This document shows positions 1-11,339 of a stretch of DNA of 64,000 nt, in pieces; within the stretch, counting starts at the first letter, position 1; the number at the start of each line of letters is the position of its first letter. This DNA is from Methanobacteriota archaeon. Its GTDB lineage: Archaea > Thermoplasmatota > Poseidoniia > Poseidoniales > Poseidoniaceae. The notes below the pieces were generated by a model. It was not told where the DNA came from, did no database searches, and saw nothing but the letters and a program-made list of their open reading frames with translations. The DNA lies in NCBI GenBank assembly GCA_038141355.1, contig JAYQHX010000002.1:933900-997899 (forward strand), written 5' to 3'. Both the position numbers and the translations under genes were made by a program.

Positions 1-1
1 A

Positions 2-1138
2 GCCAACCTCCTTCTGATGGGCGGACATATTGGAAAACCCGGTGCGGGTCTTTGCCCAGTTAGAGGCCATTCAAATGTTCAAGGAGATAGGACTGTTGGA
101 ATATGGGAAAGGCCATCGGAATCATTTCTTAAAAAACTGGATGAAGGTTGTAGAATAACTAGCCCACGAGACCATGGGTATGACGTTGTCAATGCTATCA
201 AAGCGATGAACGATGAACAAGTTGATCTATTCTTTTGTCTAGGTGGAAATTTCATTTCTGCTACCCCTGACACTGAAATTACAGCTAGTGGTTTGTCAAA
301 AGTAGACTTAACAGTACAAGTTTCAACTAAATTAAACAGGTCACATCTAGTTACTGGGAGGCACGCATTGATTCTTCCATGCTTGGGGCGAACTGAACTA
401 GATGTCCAAGACAACGGTCAACAATTCGTGACTGTAGAGAACTCAATGGGCATTGTCCACACTTCGATCGGCAATCTCAATCCTGCAAGTCCAGACCTGA
501 GAAGTGAACCATGGATTGTTGCTAAACTCGCAAGTACAATTCTTGGAGATGAAAGAAATTGGATGGAATTGGTAAGCAATTATGATTTGATTAGAGATTT
601 GATGAGTGTATCACTCAACGGATTTGAAGATTATAACTCACGGGTTAGAGAACCTAATGGGTTTGCACTACCCAATCCACCAAGAGATTCAAGGTCGTTC
701 AACACAGCCGATTCTAAAGCCCATTTTATCTCACACCCTCTTCCTGATGTCAATATTCCCGCAAATAAATTTGTCATGATGACAATTCGGTCGCATGACC
801 AATATAATACAACAATTTATGGCCTATCGGATAGGTACAGAGGTATCAAAGGAAACAGGAGAGTTATTCTAATGAACGCTACGGATATGGCAAACAGAGG
901 TTGGAAGACTAGACATATCGTCGATGTTATCTCTCATTCAGAGTCTGGTGAAAGAAGAAGTGATGGTTGGCGCCTGATACCTTATGACATACCTCAGGGC
1001 AATATCGCATCATACTTCCCAGAAGCAAATGTTTTGGTTCCATTGGAATCCACAGCAAATAAATCAAATACCCCCACATCAAAATGGATAATTTGTAGCC
1101 TAGTTGAACCTGGTGCAAATTTGATGGAGGAGGAATAG
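2..1138 (+). CDS. molybdopterin-dependent oxidoreductase alpha subunit (FdhF/YdeP-like), C-terminal part; 5' end lies outside the window
   Basis: The ORF runs from the window edge. The GHSNVQG motif and the C-terminal molybdopterin dinucleotide-binding region are typical of formate dehydrogenase-like Mo oxidoreductases. Confidence 0.6.
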   Translation, partial: ANLLLMGGHIGKPGAGLCPVRGHSNVQGDRTVGIWERPSESFLKKLDEGCRITSPRDHGYDVVNAIKAMNDEQVDLFFCLGGNFISATPDTEITASGLSKVDLTVQVSTKLNRSHLVTGRHALILPCLGRTELDVQDNGQQFVTVENSMGIVHTSIGNLNPASPDLRSEPWIVAKLASTILGDERNWMELVSNYDLIRDLMSVSLNGFEDYNSRVREPNGFALPNPPRDSRSFNTADSKAHFISHPLPDVNIPANKFVMMTIRSHDQYNTTIYGLSDRYRGIKGNRRVILMNATDMANRGWKTRHIVDVISHSESGERRSDGWRLIPYDIPQGNIASYFPEANVLVPLESTANKSNTPTSKWIICSLVEPGANLMEEE

Positions 1139-1139
1139 A

Positions 1140-2392
1140 TTGTCCGAAGTAGGATATATTGAATTACTGAAATCCAATAAAAAATTCAGAACATTCTGGA
1201 TTGCTGCGGTAGTTTCAATGCTAGGTGAGTGGTTCAATACCATTGCTTTATTTACTTTAATTCTTATTTACGCAGGAACAAATTCAGAAGAGTTAATCGG
1301 TATATTGTTAACAATTCGAATGATAGGTTTTGCAATTTTACAGCCAATTACTGGTTTGCTAGCAGATAGGTGGTCTAGAAAATGGATAATGGTTATTACA
1401 AATTTCTTGCAAATTGGCTTGGCATTATGTTTCCTACTCGTAGATGGAAGTGAAGACATTTGGTGGCTGATAATGTTATCAGGAGTAATGATGATTCTTC
1501 ATGGCGCATACATGACGTCAGAAAGGGCTGCGATACCCAATATCGTAAGCGAAAGAGAATTGGCGACTGCCAATGCTTTAGATGCTGCAACGTGGTCAAC
1601 AGCTTTGGCTTTCGGAGCAGCTTTAGGTGGAGTCATAGTGTCCAATTATGGAACTGATGCCGCTTTTATCATCGATGCTGTAACATTCCTTCTTGGGGCA
1701 TTAATTCTACTTCCATTACATGTTCCCCAAACAGTTAGTGAAGAGATGAAAGGGCCTTTATTCAAAACTGCTTTTTCTAATATGAAGGCTGGAGCAATGC
1801 GCGTTTACAGAGAAGCCCGATTACGAAGGATTGTACTTGCCAAAACAACATGGAATCTAGCGGGAGGGGGCTTGCAGGTGTATTCTTAGTTATTGCAGGA
1901 TCTAGGATGACTCCAGGAGAATTAGCGGCAGGAATTGGTATCTTCTTCATGGCTAGGGGCATTGGTACTGGAATTGGACCAATTATAGCTAGAAAATATC
2001 TGACAAATACGGCACGATGGCCAGCATATATCGGTATATTAGTTTCGATTTCCGGGTTCTTCTATCTTCTAGTGGGTCTGACCCTTTACCAAAATCTGAT
2101 ATTGACGATTTTATTGGTTATTACAGCACATGCAGCCAGTGGTGCAAACTGGGTATTATCGACCATTCTTACGCAACAATGGGTAGAGGATGAAAAACGG
2201 GGACGTGTTTTCAGCATTGATATGCTTTTGATGTCTGTATCATTTAGCATGAGCACATATACAGCAGGATGGTTGTTATCCAATACGAAATTATCTATCA
2301 ATCACGGAATGATATATTTCTCAATTGCAATGATGCTGTTTGGAATTATCTTCACGCTCTGGAGGCCTGAAAATCACAAACATGCTTCGTGA
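1140..2392 (+). CDS. MFS transporter, interrupted by a frameshift at a G5 run (~1866-1870)
   Basis: ORFs 1140..1889 and 1850..2392 overlap and together give a 12-TM MFS-like protein. The junction is GGGAGGGGG. TTG start. Confidence 0.6.
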
Positions 2393-4251
2393 GTACAAAC
2401 AGGAGGTGTCCAGTACAATTTGTCACTTGGATTAAACGAATCCAATTGCAAAGTACTTCCTTCACCATCTATGATTGTTACTATAGACGATGTCGACGCT
2501 GGAAGATAATCTTCACCAGTAGAAAGTAATGTCAAACGTATTGTGTGGCCTGCAGGGATTTCTGCATCAAGTGGCATAAATTCCATTTTAGCAGTAATCG
2601 TGTCAAATATGGGATTCCATGTTGACGATAAATCATCTCCTCCTTCATAATATCGTAAATCCATAATCGCATGGCCAACGTGAATACAATTACCTTCCCC
2701 ACATTCCTCTAGAAGTGCGTATAATTGCCCGCCGACCGTTGTAGTACTAACCTCAACGTGTAATCTTGGTGTTCCTTGGATATACATCGTCTCTGACAAT
2801 GGTTCGGATTCGTAGGTTGGTCCCGTAGAAGCATCAGGAAGGACTGTAGGGCCTCCGTTTCTTAGCAAGTCACTTCCCAACTCGAATCTGATTTCTTCAA
2901 CATCATCAGCTGGGTATCTGTCTTCAATTCTCCATTCGCCTAAATTGGATTGTATTTCAATATGCAACAGAGGTTTCTGTCCAATTCCTTTCAGATAATA
3001 ATCGAACCATTCCAGCAAATCTTGCATCCAGTCGAATCGAATCATTGCGGGGAATGCTTCTCCACCCCTTCCACCTAAATCTGAACGGTCCCTCAATTGG
3101 ATAGGCCTATCTGGATAGTCATGGTCCCACTGGCCAAACAGCCCTTTTGCTTCTATTCCTTTATCCTTTAATTTGTTTATAGTTGGAACTGCCATATGTG
3201 GGTCTACGTTCCAGTCATGCATGCCTTGAATCAAATACACCGATCCTTGATAATTGTCTAATACGCGGTCGAGGAAGTATCTCTCAGCCCAATAATCACC
3301 TGCGACCTCGCTTCCAAACATCCATGCCCCAACACCAGTTCCTGGGCCAATTATGTAATCTGGACAAGCATTTCCGTAATCTTCCTCGTCACCATCAAAG
3401 CCATATGAACCATAAACGCCATTGTGCATTATAGGAGCTCTTGCCTCTGAAGAACCATTTCGCCACATCAGTTCTTTTACACCAATGAGGCCAGAAATTG
3501 GAACTATTGTCTTTAGGTGTTCATTTCCAAACATCGCTGCCTGCCAAGGAGTTGAACCGTCGTAGGATTTCCCAATCATTGCTACATTTCCGTTAGACCA
3601 TTCTTGAGATCCCAGCCAAGAGACAGCAGCATCATTTCCTAGTTGCTCTGCAGTACCCATCAAATCCATGCAATGGTTAGAACGACCAGTCCCGGTCACT
3701 GAAACTTGAGCAAATGCATAACCATGTGGCAATAATTGGTCAATTATCATTTGACCTAACCAACTTCCAGGTACTTCAATAGTAGGAGTTTGTACACTTG
3801 GTTCTTGGAAGTAAGGGCCAAATTCTGCTATTACTGGTACTTGCACGCCTTCTGGTACGTTAGGCCTCCAATATGCTAGCGAGATAATACCATTAGGTGC
3901 CGCTCCACCTTCTTCTAATGGTAATTCATACTCAACGAAAACATGTGTTGAATTCCATTCATTCGACGTTTCTAGAATTTCGTAGTCACCAAACTCCATA
4001 ACAAATCCATGGTCTTTATCCGTGATGTAATCTAGATTCCCTCTTTCCCATACTGGCACTCTTACACTGGAGTTATTGTTACCGGAAGTCATTGACTTAT
4101 CTATGACATCTCCGAACATTATTGCTAGTAGAAGGAAAACTATTGCAACCGCAAACGTAGCGGCTGCAACACTGTTGAGAATCGCTTTATCCCGATTGGG
4201 ATTTGCCAATTCAGCAACATATATTTCCTCGTCCATGGTATCGCCAGACAA
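2374..4251 (-). CDS. S15 family X-Pro dipeptidyl-peptidase / CocE-NonD hydrolase, N-terminal TM anchor
   Basis: 625 aa with a GKSYDG nucleophile elbow and alpha/beta hydrolase layout typical of Xaa-Pro dipeptidyl peptidases. Hydrophobic N-terminal helix. Confidence 0.75.
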   Translation of the reverse strand: MSGDTMDEEIYVAELANPNRDKAILNSVAAATFAVAIVFLLLAIMFGDVIDKSMTSGNNNSSVRVPVWERGNLDYITDKDHGFVMEFGDYEILETSNEWNSTHVFVEYELPLEEGGAAPNGIISLAYWRPNVPEGVQVPVIAEFGPYFQEPSVQTPTIEVPGSWLGQMIIDQLLPHGYAFAQVSVTGTGRSNHCMDLMGTAEQLGNDAAVSWLGSQEWSNGNVAMIGKSYDGSTPWQAAMFGNEHLKTIVPISGLIGVKELMWRNGSSEARAPIMHNGVYGSYGFDGDEEDYGNACPDYIIGPGTGVGAWMFGSEVAGDYWAERYFLDRVLDNYQGSVYLIQGMHDWNVDPHMAVPTINKLKDKGIEAKGLFGQWDHDYPDRPIQLRDRSDLGGRGGEAFPAMIRFDWMQDLLEWFDYYLKGIGQKPLLHIEIQSNLGEWRIEDRYPADDVEEIRFELGSDLLRNGGPTVLPDASTGPTYESEPLSETMYIQGTPRLHVEVSTTTVGGQLYALLEECGEGNCIHVGHAIMDLRYYEGGDDLSSTWNPIFDTITAKMEFMPLDAEIPAGHTIRLTLLSTGEDYLPASTSSIVTIIDGEGSTLQLDSFNPSDKLYWTPPVCTHEACL

Positions 4252-4553
4252 TTATCGGAAATAGAATTGGCGATTGCTAACAAGATTCAATAAACTGGGT
4301 TTATGTCGCTTGAACATGCCCTCTGACGTCGAAATGATGCGGCTTCATGTTGCAGAAGGCATCCCTGATAAATTACCAATTCATCCAGGTATTTCCAACG
4401 AGGTGGATAATGCTCCTAATCGACGTCAAATATTATCTGAAGAAGAAAAAAAAATTAGCAATAAAAAACGCTCTAAGATATTTCAAAACAGAGCACCATG
4501 AACTACTCGGAAAAGAATTCTTACAAGAACTCAATGATTATGGCCGCATATGG

Positions 4554-6341
4554 ATGATGAGATTCAGACCTACAGAGTACCCGATTCGGGCATATGGTAT
4601 CGAAGATTATCCTGCTAAATCAAAACAAGCAGCCGGAATAATGCTGATGATACACAATAATTTAGACCCAGAAGTTGCACAATTTCCTCATCAATTGATA
4701 ACCTACGGAGGAAATGGAGCCGTTTTTCAAAACTGGGCACAGTATAGGCTAACCATGAAATATTTGTCTGAAATGTCGAATGAACAAACACTTGTAATGT
4801 ATAGCGGCCACCCGATGGGACTATTCCCTTCCCATCCTAATTCTCCGAGAGTAATCGTGACCAATGGAATGGTGATACCAAACTATTCTAGTCAAGATGA
4901 TTACGATCGTATGAATGCATTGGGTGTAAGCCAATTTGGGCAGATGACTGCGGGCTCTTACATGTACATCGGCCCTCAGGGTATCGTACACGGCACTACA
5001 ATTACTATCCTCAATGCAGCTCGCATGCACGTTGGATCCACAAATTCTCTTTCTGGTGTGACATTCGTGACCTCAGGTCTTGGTGGTATGAGTGGTGCTC
5101 AAGCAAAAGCAGCAGTCATCGCAGGTGCTTCTAGTATAGTAAGCGAAATCAATCCTCATGCGGTTCATAAGCGACATTCTCAAGGTTGGTTATCTGTAAT
5201 AGCTGATTCCACTGACCATGCAATAGACTTGATGATAGAAAATCGGGATAATGGAAATGCGATATCTATTGGACATGTAGGCAACATTGTAGATTTATTA
5301 GAAAGGATGGTAGAGAGAAAGGTCAATGTTGACTTGTTATCTGACCAGACTAGCCTACATAATCCATGGCAGGGGGTATTATCCAGTCACAATTGATTTT
5401 GACACTGGAAAGGAAATGCTTGCTAACAATCCTGAACAATTCAAAATTGAGGTTCAAAAAACACTTAGAAGGCACGCAGATGCCGTTAATTCTCTCGTAG
5501 AGAGAGGAACTTACTTTTGGGATTATGGTAATGCATTCCTGTTAGAAGCATCTAGGGCTGGGGCAGACGTTATGAACGAAACGAACGATGGTTTTCGATA
5601 TCCAAGTTATGTTGAAGACATAATGGGCCCGATGTGTTTTGATTATGGATTTGGGCCATTTAGGTGGGTTTGTACGTCTGGTAATCCAGATGACCTCTCG
5701 GCAACCGATAGGATTGCAACTGAAATTCTAAGTGAACTATCAAAAAATTCCCCTATTGAAATTCAACAACAAATGGATGATAACATCCGCTGGATAAAGC
5801 AGGCAGAAGAAAATGGCATGGTAGTCGGAAGTCAGGCTAGAATTTTGTATGCTGATGCAATCGGTAGGGTTTCAATCGCTAAGGCGTTTAATGATGCGAT
5901 AAAGTCAGGAGATATATCTGCTCCAATTGTATTAGGTAGAGATCATCACGATGTATCTGGGACTGATTCTCCATTTAGAGAGACTGCTAATATCAAAGAT
6001 GGTTCCATGTTTACCGCAGATATGGCTGTGCAGAACTTTGTCGGAGATTCGTTCAGAGGTGCAACCTGGGTCAGCCTTCATAATGGCGGCGGCGTAGGAT
6101 GGGAGAAGTGATAAACGGAGGATTTGGTTTATTGATTGATGGTACCGAGCAAAGCGAAATCAATCTTACATCAATGCTTGATTGGGACGTTAATAATGGA
6201 ATTTCACGAAGAGCATGGGCGAGAAACGAAGGAGCGATTTTTGCGATAAAACGAGCTATGCAAAACAATACCAAATTGAAAGTGACTATTCCCGAAATCG
6301 CAGATGACAAATTGATTAACAGTATTTTTGAGGAGGATTGA
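4554..6341 (+). CDS. hutU: urocanate hydratase (urocanase), split into 3 ORFs by two frameshifts (~5372-5378 G5 run; ~6098-6106)
   Basis: Fragments 4347..5396, 5326..6111 and 6099..6341 align co-linearly to urocanase (NNLDPEVA, YGGNGAVFQNW, SGHPMG, QTS.H.P, GGGVGWGEVINGGFG, FAIKRAM). Probable true start is ATG 4554 (MMRFRPTEYPIRA). Confidence 0.8.
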
Positions 6342-6344
6342 AAA

Positions 6345-7886
6345 ATGTCGGCGATTAAACTAGATGGCAATACTCTATCAACTTCTGAAATATCCCTAAT
6401 TTCTAATGGTGCAAAAGTCGCAATAGCAACCGATTCAGTAATCAAAATCGATGCAGCAAGGAGTGTAGTAGAGAAAATATTAGAAAGCGGTGAGACGGTT
6501 TATGGCATAAATACTGGATTTGGTTCGCTGGTGTCAGAATCAATATCATCCGAAGATTTAGCGACATTACAACTGAATTTAATCAGGTCACACGCTTGTG
6601 CCGTAGGAGCACCTATGTCTATTCCAGAAACAAGGGCGATGATGTGCGTAAGAGCCAATTCCTTAATTAAAGGAAATTCTGGTATAAACAGAATAGTAAT
6701 TGAACAAATTATTTCTTATTTGAACAATGATATTATCCCTGTAGTGCCTAGAATCGGGTCACTGGGTGCATCAGGAGATTTAGCACCACTATCTCATATG
6801 GCGCTATCACTAGTAGGGGAAGGTCTGGTTTGGTCGGGTAATAATCACGTTCCTACTAATGAAATGTTGAAAGAAAAAGGCTTGATATCAGTAGAACTTG
6901 GTGCAAAAGACGGCCTATCACTAATCAATGGTACAAGTCAAATGTGTTCATTCATGTCTTTGGCTGAAGTTGCCTTGAGTAGTATACTTCCAATGGCTGA
7001 TTTAATTGCCAGTGCATCGATAGATGCAAGAGAATGTTCTATCGCACCAATGGATTCGAGAGTGCACGATGTAAGGGCGCATGATGGACAGAGCATAGTG
7101 GCCAAAAGAATACGAAACATACTAAATGGATCAGAAATTCTTCAAGGGCACAAAAATTGCGATAAGGTTCAAGATGCATATTCATTTAGATGTATACCTC
7201 AAGTTCATGGTGCGGTTTATGAAAAATTCAAAGTTCTTCAAAACTGCATTGGTATAGAAATTAATAGCGCGACTGATAATCCTTTAGTATTCCCAGATTC
7301 AAATTTACCTCTCAAGAGCCAGGTAATTAGCCAAGGCAATTTCCATGGAGAAATCCTAGGGCTGACATCTGATAATTTATCTCATGCGCTATTTGAATTA
7401 GGCTCAATATGTGAACGTAGAATAGACCAGATGGTTGACCCAGTTAGAAGCGGACTTCCACCATACTTAGCAAAAAATTCTGGATTAGAATCGGGTATGA
7501 TGATTGTACATTATACGGCTGCTGCACTATTAGCAGAATTACACGGTCATGCAATGCCTAAATCAGCCTTTTCAACAACTACTTCTGGGGGACAGGAAGA
7601 TTATGTTTCAATGGGGTCAATAGCAGCATGGAACCTCCTAGAATCTACAAAGAAATTATCAAAACTTCTAGCATGTGAGTTGATTATCGCGTGTGAGGCA
7701 TTAGAATATGCCGATAGTAAATCCTCGACTTACATTGAATTGCTCAAGAAATTAGTGAGAAAGGTCTGTCCAGCATTAACACAGGATAGAAGCACATCAT
7801 CTGAAATCGAACAGGTCGCATCAGAAATCTACAACGGAGGATGGTTGGCAAGGATAGATGCAGAATGTGGATTTTTGCCTAGATGA
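6345..7886 (+). CDS. hutH: histidine ammonia-lyase
   Basis: 513 aa. The ASGDLAPLSH (MIO-forming Ala-Ser-Gly) motif and full-length similarity to HAL/PAL lyases. Immediately downstream of hutU. Confidence 0.9.
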   Translation: MSAIKLDGNTLSTSEISLISNGAKVAIATDSVIKIDAARSVVEKILESGETVYGINTGFGSLVSESISSEDLATLQLNLIRSHACAVGAPMSIPETRAMMCVRANSLIKGNSGINRIVIEQIISYLNNDIIPVVPRIGSLGASGDLAPLSHMALSLVGEGLVWSGNNHVPTNEMLKEKGLISVELGAKDGLSLINGTSQMCSFMSLAEVALSSILPMADLIASASIDARECSIAPMDSRVHDVRAHDGQSIVAKRIRNILNGSEILQGHKNCDKVQDAYSFRCIPQVHGAVYEKFKVLQNCIGIEINSATDNPLVFPDSNLPLKSQVISQGNFHGEILGLTSDNLSHALFELGSICERRIDQMVDPVRSGLPPYLAKNSGLESGMMIVHYTAAALLAELHGHAMPKSAFSTTTSGGQEDYVSMGSIAAWNLLESTKKLSKLLACELIIACEALEYADSKSSTYIELLKKLVRKVCPALTQDRSTSSEIEQVASEIYNGGWLARIDAECGFLPR

Positions 7887-8751
7887 GTTCATCGATTTTC
7901 GCTTCAACTTCATCGAAGCCAGTAAGTTGCCTAACTCGGAACCTTAGTTTTATGACATCCGATTTCCAACCATTTTCATCAAGAATATCAATTCTTTTAT
8001 CTAACTCAATCGCTCTGCGTACTTTCATTTCAACGGTCTTATACAATTCATATGATTTTTCATCATCTGACATATACAATGCAGGATCTAATTCAGAAAC
8101 GTCTAAATCCATTCTCCGCCATTGAAGCATTCGCTTCCGTAGAATTTCTTTGCTGAATCCTTCTTTAGAAATAGGTGTAAGATAAGACAATGAAGTGATT
8201 CTTCCTTCTTCCACAATTGCTTTTTCTACAGGTTCCGATTCTTCGATTATGCCAATTACTTCTTGGTCGACTTTTATCGAATTATCGATTTTTAATTCCT
8301 TGACACTGCTCGCCCATCGACTTCGATCTACGTCATTTAAAATGGCGATTGCTAATGATAATAAAATTGTAGATTTCCTCTCAATTATATAATCGCTTAA
8401 ATCGAGTATCATAGAATATACACTTGAAAAACCATGAATTGAGATCAACCATTCTATACCTTCAATAATGAAAACTGAATTTTCTTCAGAGCAAGTAGAA
8501 ACTACTTTCGCTGTAATATCTGCTAAATCAGGCTTTATTGAACCGGATACTGTTTTTTTTGTTAGCCAGAATGATTGCACTTTTTGGATGTCGAAATATT
8601 CTACAAGGCGCCTATGTGGCAATCGCGAAATAAAACTAATTTTAACATCATCTTTTGCAGATAATGTGTCGATATAGGTCAATAAATCTCTTTGAGAAAC
8701 GATATCTAGAGAATACAAATTTCCGAAATCAAAGTCTAGCACCGATAACAC
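7879..8751 (-). CDS. hypothetical protein (possibly DUF835-like archaeal protein)
   Basis: 290-aa ORF with no catalytic motifs recognised. Divergent from the acidic zinc-ribbon gene at 8828. Confidence 0.4.
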   Translation of the reverse strand: MLSVLDFDFGNLYSLDIVSQRDLLTYIDTLSAKDDVKISFISRLPHRRLVEYFDIQKVQSFWLTKKTVSGSIKPDLADITAKVVSTCSEENSVFIIEGIEWLISIHGFSSVYSMILDLSDYIIERKSTILLSLAIAILNDVDRSRWASSVKELKIDNSIKVDQEVIGIIEESEPVEKAIVEEGRITSLSYLTPISKEGFSKEILRKRMLQWRRMDLDVSELDPALYMSDDEKSYELYKTVEMKVRRAIELDKRIDILDENGWKSDVIKLRFRVRQLTGFDEVEAKIDELI

Positions 8752-8827
8752 CTATCTATCCCGATATCTATGTCCATGCACTTCTAGTCCATGAATAATT
8801 ATATCCATTGAGGAACTCGCGCAACTA

Positions 8828-10792
8828 GTGACAGTCATGAGCGATGATGCAATTGAAGATATACCAATGGCAGAATGTGGGGCATGTGAGTCGATTATTC
8901 CGCTTGATAGTAGTTCATGTTCGAACTGCGGTGCTGTGTTCGGGGAAGTTTCAGATACGGCACTGGGAGAGTGTGGAGCGTGTGGCACGCTTCAATCAGT
9001 AAATGCTGAACAATGTGTTTCCTGCGGCGTATCATTCGTAGGATCAGAAGATGAAGCCCCATCTCCTACTCAAACTGATGAAGTAGAAACAGTAGACGAT
9101 AATGGTGCAACTGATATAGAATCAACAGACGAATCTGTCCCTGAAGAAACAGAAACTGCTCCTGAAAAAGAATCCGAGTTGGAAGAAGCAGAAGCCGTAC
9201 CAATAGGCCTAGAGACAGTTGATGAAGTAGTAGTATCGACTCCAGAAGAAACAGATGTAGAATCTTTGTTAGATGATATGTCGGAAGAAGAAACTGATGA
9301 AATTCAAGAAGAATCTAATGAATTAGAAGAAGAAACTGAGGATGTTGCTGATATTGAAGATGATACTGCAACCACAATAATATCAGCAACTACAATCGTT
9401 GAAGAAGTTGAAGAAGAAGAACCTTCATCTGCTGATGATGTTGATGATAGTGAAGATAATCTAGAACAAGAATCCGAAGATGATGTTGGTCAAGACAGTG
9501 AAGCTGATGACACAGAAGAGGAAGGATTGGATGATGAAGATGAATCAGATGATGAACAGGAGTCAGATATCGACGAGGAGGAATCTGATGAAGAAGAACA
9601 GGTGTCTGATGAAGTAATTCCTGCTCATGGAATTACAGACCAAGAAGTCATTTCCGCCTTTGAAAATCTTGCTCTAGCCATCGCTTCAGCCGGCATGACT
9701 GCAGCAGAAGCATTCGATGAAATTGACAGGAATGATGATGGCTTGATCGATGGACCAGAGTTGCAAAAGGGTATTGAAAGAATTGGTGGAGAAAATCTGA
9801 AACCAAGTTCAGTAAAGTCAATTATGAATTATTTAGACAGCGATGACGATAATCGAATCGACCCGCAAGAACTTCTTGGTGCCCTTGATGGATTAGGATT
9901 TGGAATCAAGGCTGGAAATTTACCGAAGAAAAAGAAGGTCAAAGAATTCCCAACTCCAGCTCAGAAGATAATTATGGGTAAGAAGGCAAACGACATCTAC
10001 TATCCAGTGTTATATTTCCTGTTTGCAACCTTCATTGGTCTGTGGGTAGTTAATGGCATGGGCTTGATAGTTGACGGTACCGGAGGAACAATTGTCTACG
10101 AAGGACACCAGGCTGAATGGGGTATGTCGAAAGAAGGTAATTGGGACTTGTGTCAAGCAGATATTGATGCGATTCCTGAACCCTGTTTCGGAACAGTGCG
10201 CGTTGGTGAAACATATCCCTGTGACCCATTAATTGACCCTAACAAATGTGCTAACTCACTTACAATTTTCAGCGGTGAAAATGGAGTATCTAGCATGCCT
10301 AAAGGATTCTATGGCGATGGAATATTCATGATCATACTTGGCGTTATTGGAATTATTGGAACTGCTTACCTCCACTTAGTGTATGCAAAGGTTTTGAGAG
10401 AGCGTGCTGAAGCTCTAAAAGGTCCGAAAACAGACGATGAAGAAACTACTAAATCGGAAGAAGAAGAAGAAGAAGATGATGACTTATCTGGAGATGATTC
10501 TGACGATGGAATAGAAGATGCACTTGAAGCGCCTAAAGACCTAGTGATTGAGGATGAAAAGGAATCAGTTGAAAGCGATGAATCAGATGAGCAAGTCGAG
10601 GATGATGATGATTCCGAAGAAGAGGAAGAAGATATAGACATTGGGTCATGGGTTGGATTGGATATCGATGGAGAAGAATTCTTTGGAGAGATAGTCGAAT
10701 TTGATGATGAGGAAGGAACAGTCACTATCGAGACCGAAGATGGTGAAGAAATTACTGGCTATCAAGATGAAATGTTCCTAGATGAAGAATGA
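8828..10792 (+). CDS. highly acidic membrane protein with N-terminal double zinc ribbon, two EF-hand-like loops and two TM helices
   Basis: Two CxxC-x11-CxxC ribbons near the N-terminus, long D/E-rich low-complexity linkers, DRNDDGLIDGPE and DSDDDNRIDPQE EF-hand-like loops, two hydrophobic helices flanking a Cys-containing loop, and an acidic C-terminal tail. Confidence 0.6.
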   Translation: MTVMSDDAIEDIPMAECGACESIIPLDSSSCSNCGAVFGEVSDTALGECGACGTLQSVNAEQCVSCGVSFVGSEDEAPSPTQTDEVETVDDNGATDIESTDESVPEETETAPEKESELEEAEAVPIGLETVDEVVVSTPEETDVESLLDDMSEEETDEIQEESNELEEETEDVADIEDDTATTIISATTIVEEVEEEEPSSADDVDDSEDNLEQESEDDVGQDSEADDTEEEGLDDEDESDDEQESDIDEEESDEEEQVSDEVIPAHGITDQEVISAFENLALAIASAGMTAAEAFDEIDRNDDGLIDGPELQKGIERIGGENLKPSSVKSIMNYLDSDDDNRIDPQELLGALDGLGFGIKAGNLPKKKKVKEFPTPAQKIIMGKKANDIYYPVLYFLFATFIGLWVVNGMGLIVDGTGGTIVYEGHQAEWGMSKEGNWDLCQADIDAIPEPCFGTVRVGETYPCDPLIDPNKCANSLTIFSGENGVSSMPKGFYGDGIFMIILGVIGIIGTAYLHLVYAKVLRERAEALKGPKTDDEETTKSEEEEEEDDDLSGDDSDDGIEDALEAPKDLVIEDEKESVESDESDEQVEDDDDSEEEEEDIDIGSWVGLDIDGEEFFGEIVEFDDEEGTVTIETEDGEEITGYQDEMFLDEE

Positions 10793-10804
10793 TTTGTGAT
10801 GTAA

Positions 10805-11170
10805 ATGTCTGATGAATTAGACATTCTGATAGGCAAAGAATATTGCCCAGTGTGCGCATCAATATATCAAAAGAATACCCAAAGGTGTCCAGAATGCGGG
10901 ACATTTCATTCAGGAGTCCATTTGGAAGATAGAGAGCCACCTACTCCTGAAGAGCGAGTTTCATCTAGAGAAGTTGATCCTACTGATTATTCAATCAATC
11001 CCAATACCGCTATTGTTGATGAAGAATTTGATAGTGATGATTCAAGCGTTAAGAATTGGACTGGCGGTTCGACAGATTTTTCATTTGTCGATGAAGACCC
11101 TATTCCTTCTAAGGAAGTGAATCAAACCAATTTAGAAATAGATGAAGATGAAATTTTACATGAGGATTGA
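10805..11170 (+). CDS. small zinc-ribbon protein with acidic C-terminal tail
   Basis: CPVCAS...CPECG ribbon followed by a D/E-rich tail, 13 nt downstream of the previous gene and co-directional. Confidence 0.5.
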   Translation: MSDELDILIGKEYCPVCASIYQKNTQRCPECGTFHSGVHLEDREPPTPEERVSSREVDPTDYSINPNTAIVDEEFDSDDSSVKNWTGGSTDFSFVDEDPIPSKEVNQTNLEIDEDEILHED

Positions 11171-11218
11171 TTTTTTATTAATCTTTTATCAATAAACATT
11201 TACCCAATATTCATTAGT

Positions 11219-11290
11219 GGGCTCGGCCAGAATTGAACTGGCGATCTTTGCCATGTCAAGGCAACGTCATAACCCCTAGACCACGAGCCC
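11219..11290 (-). tRNA. tRNA-Val (anticodon GAC)
   Basis: The reverse complement folds as a 72-nt cloverleaf: 7-bp acceptor stem GGGCUCG/CGAGCCC, U8, GG in the D-loop, anticodon stem UUGCC/GGCAA with loop UUGACAU, and T-arm GCCAG-UUCAAUU-CUGGC. CCA is not encoded. Confidence 0.85.
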
Positions 11291-11339
11291 TGGGTATTTT
11301 TTCCAAACTAATGAGGTATATATCGAAATCGGTATGAAG

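Noticed and set aside
79-414. 111-aa minus-strand ORF at the window start
   Set aside because: Antisense within the molybdopterin oxidoreductase coding region.
4274-4501. 75-aa ORF in the divergent region between the peptidase and hutU
   Set aside because: Overlaps the probable promoter region, runs through a poly-A tract, and has no recognisable features.
9060-9640. Periodic GAT/GAA repeats checked as a possible CRISPR or tandem DNA repeat
   Set aside because: They are coding low-complexity acidic linkers. There is no spacer/repeat architecture and no cas genes.
10366-10725. 119-aa Ser-rich minus-strand ORF
   Set aside because: Antisense reading of GAA/GAT-rich acidic coding repeats in the 8828..10792 gene.
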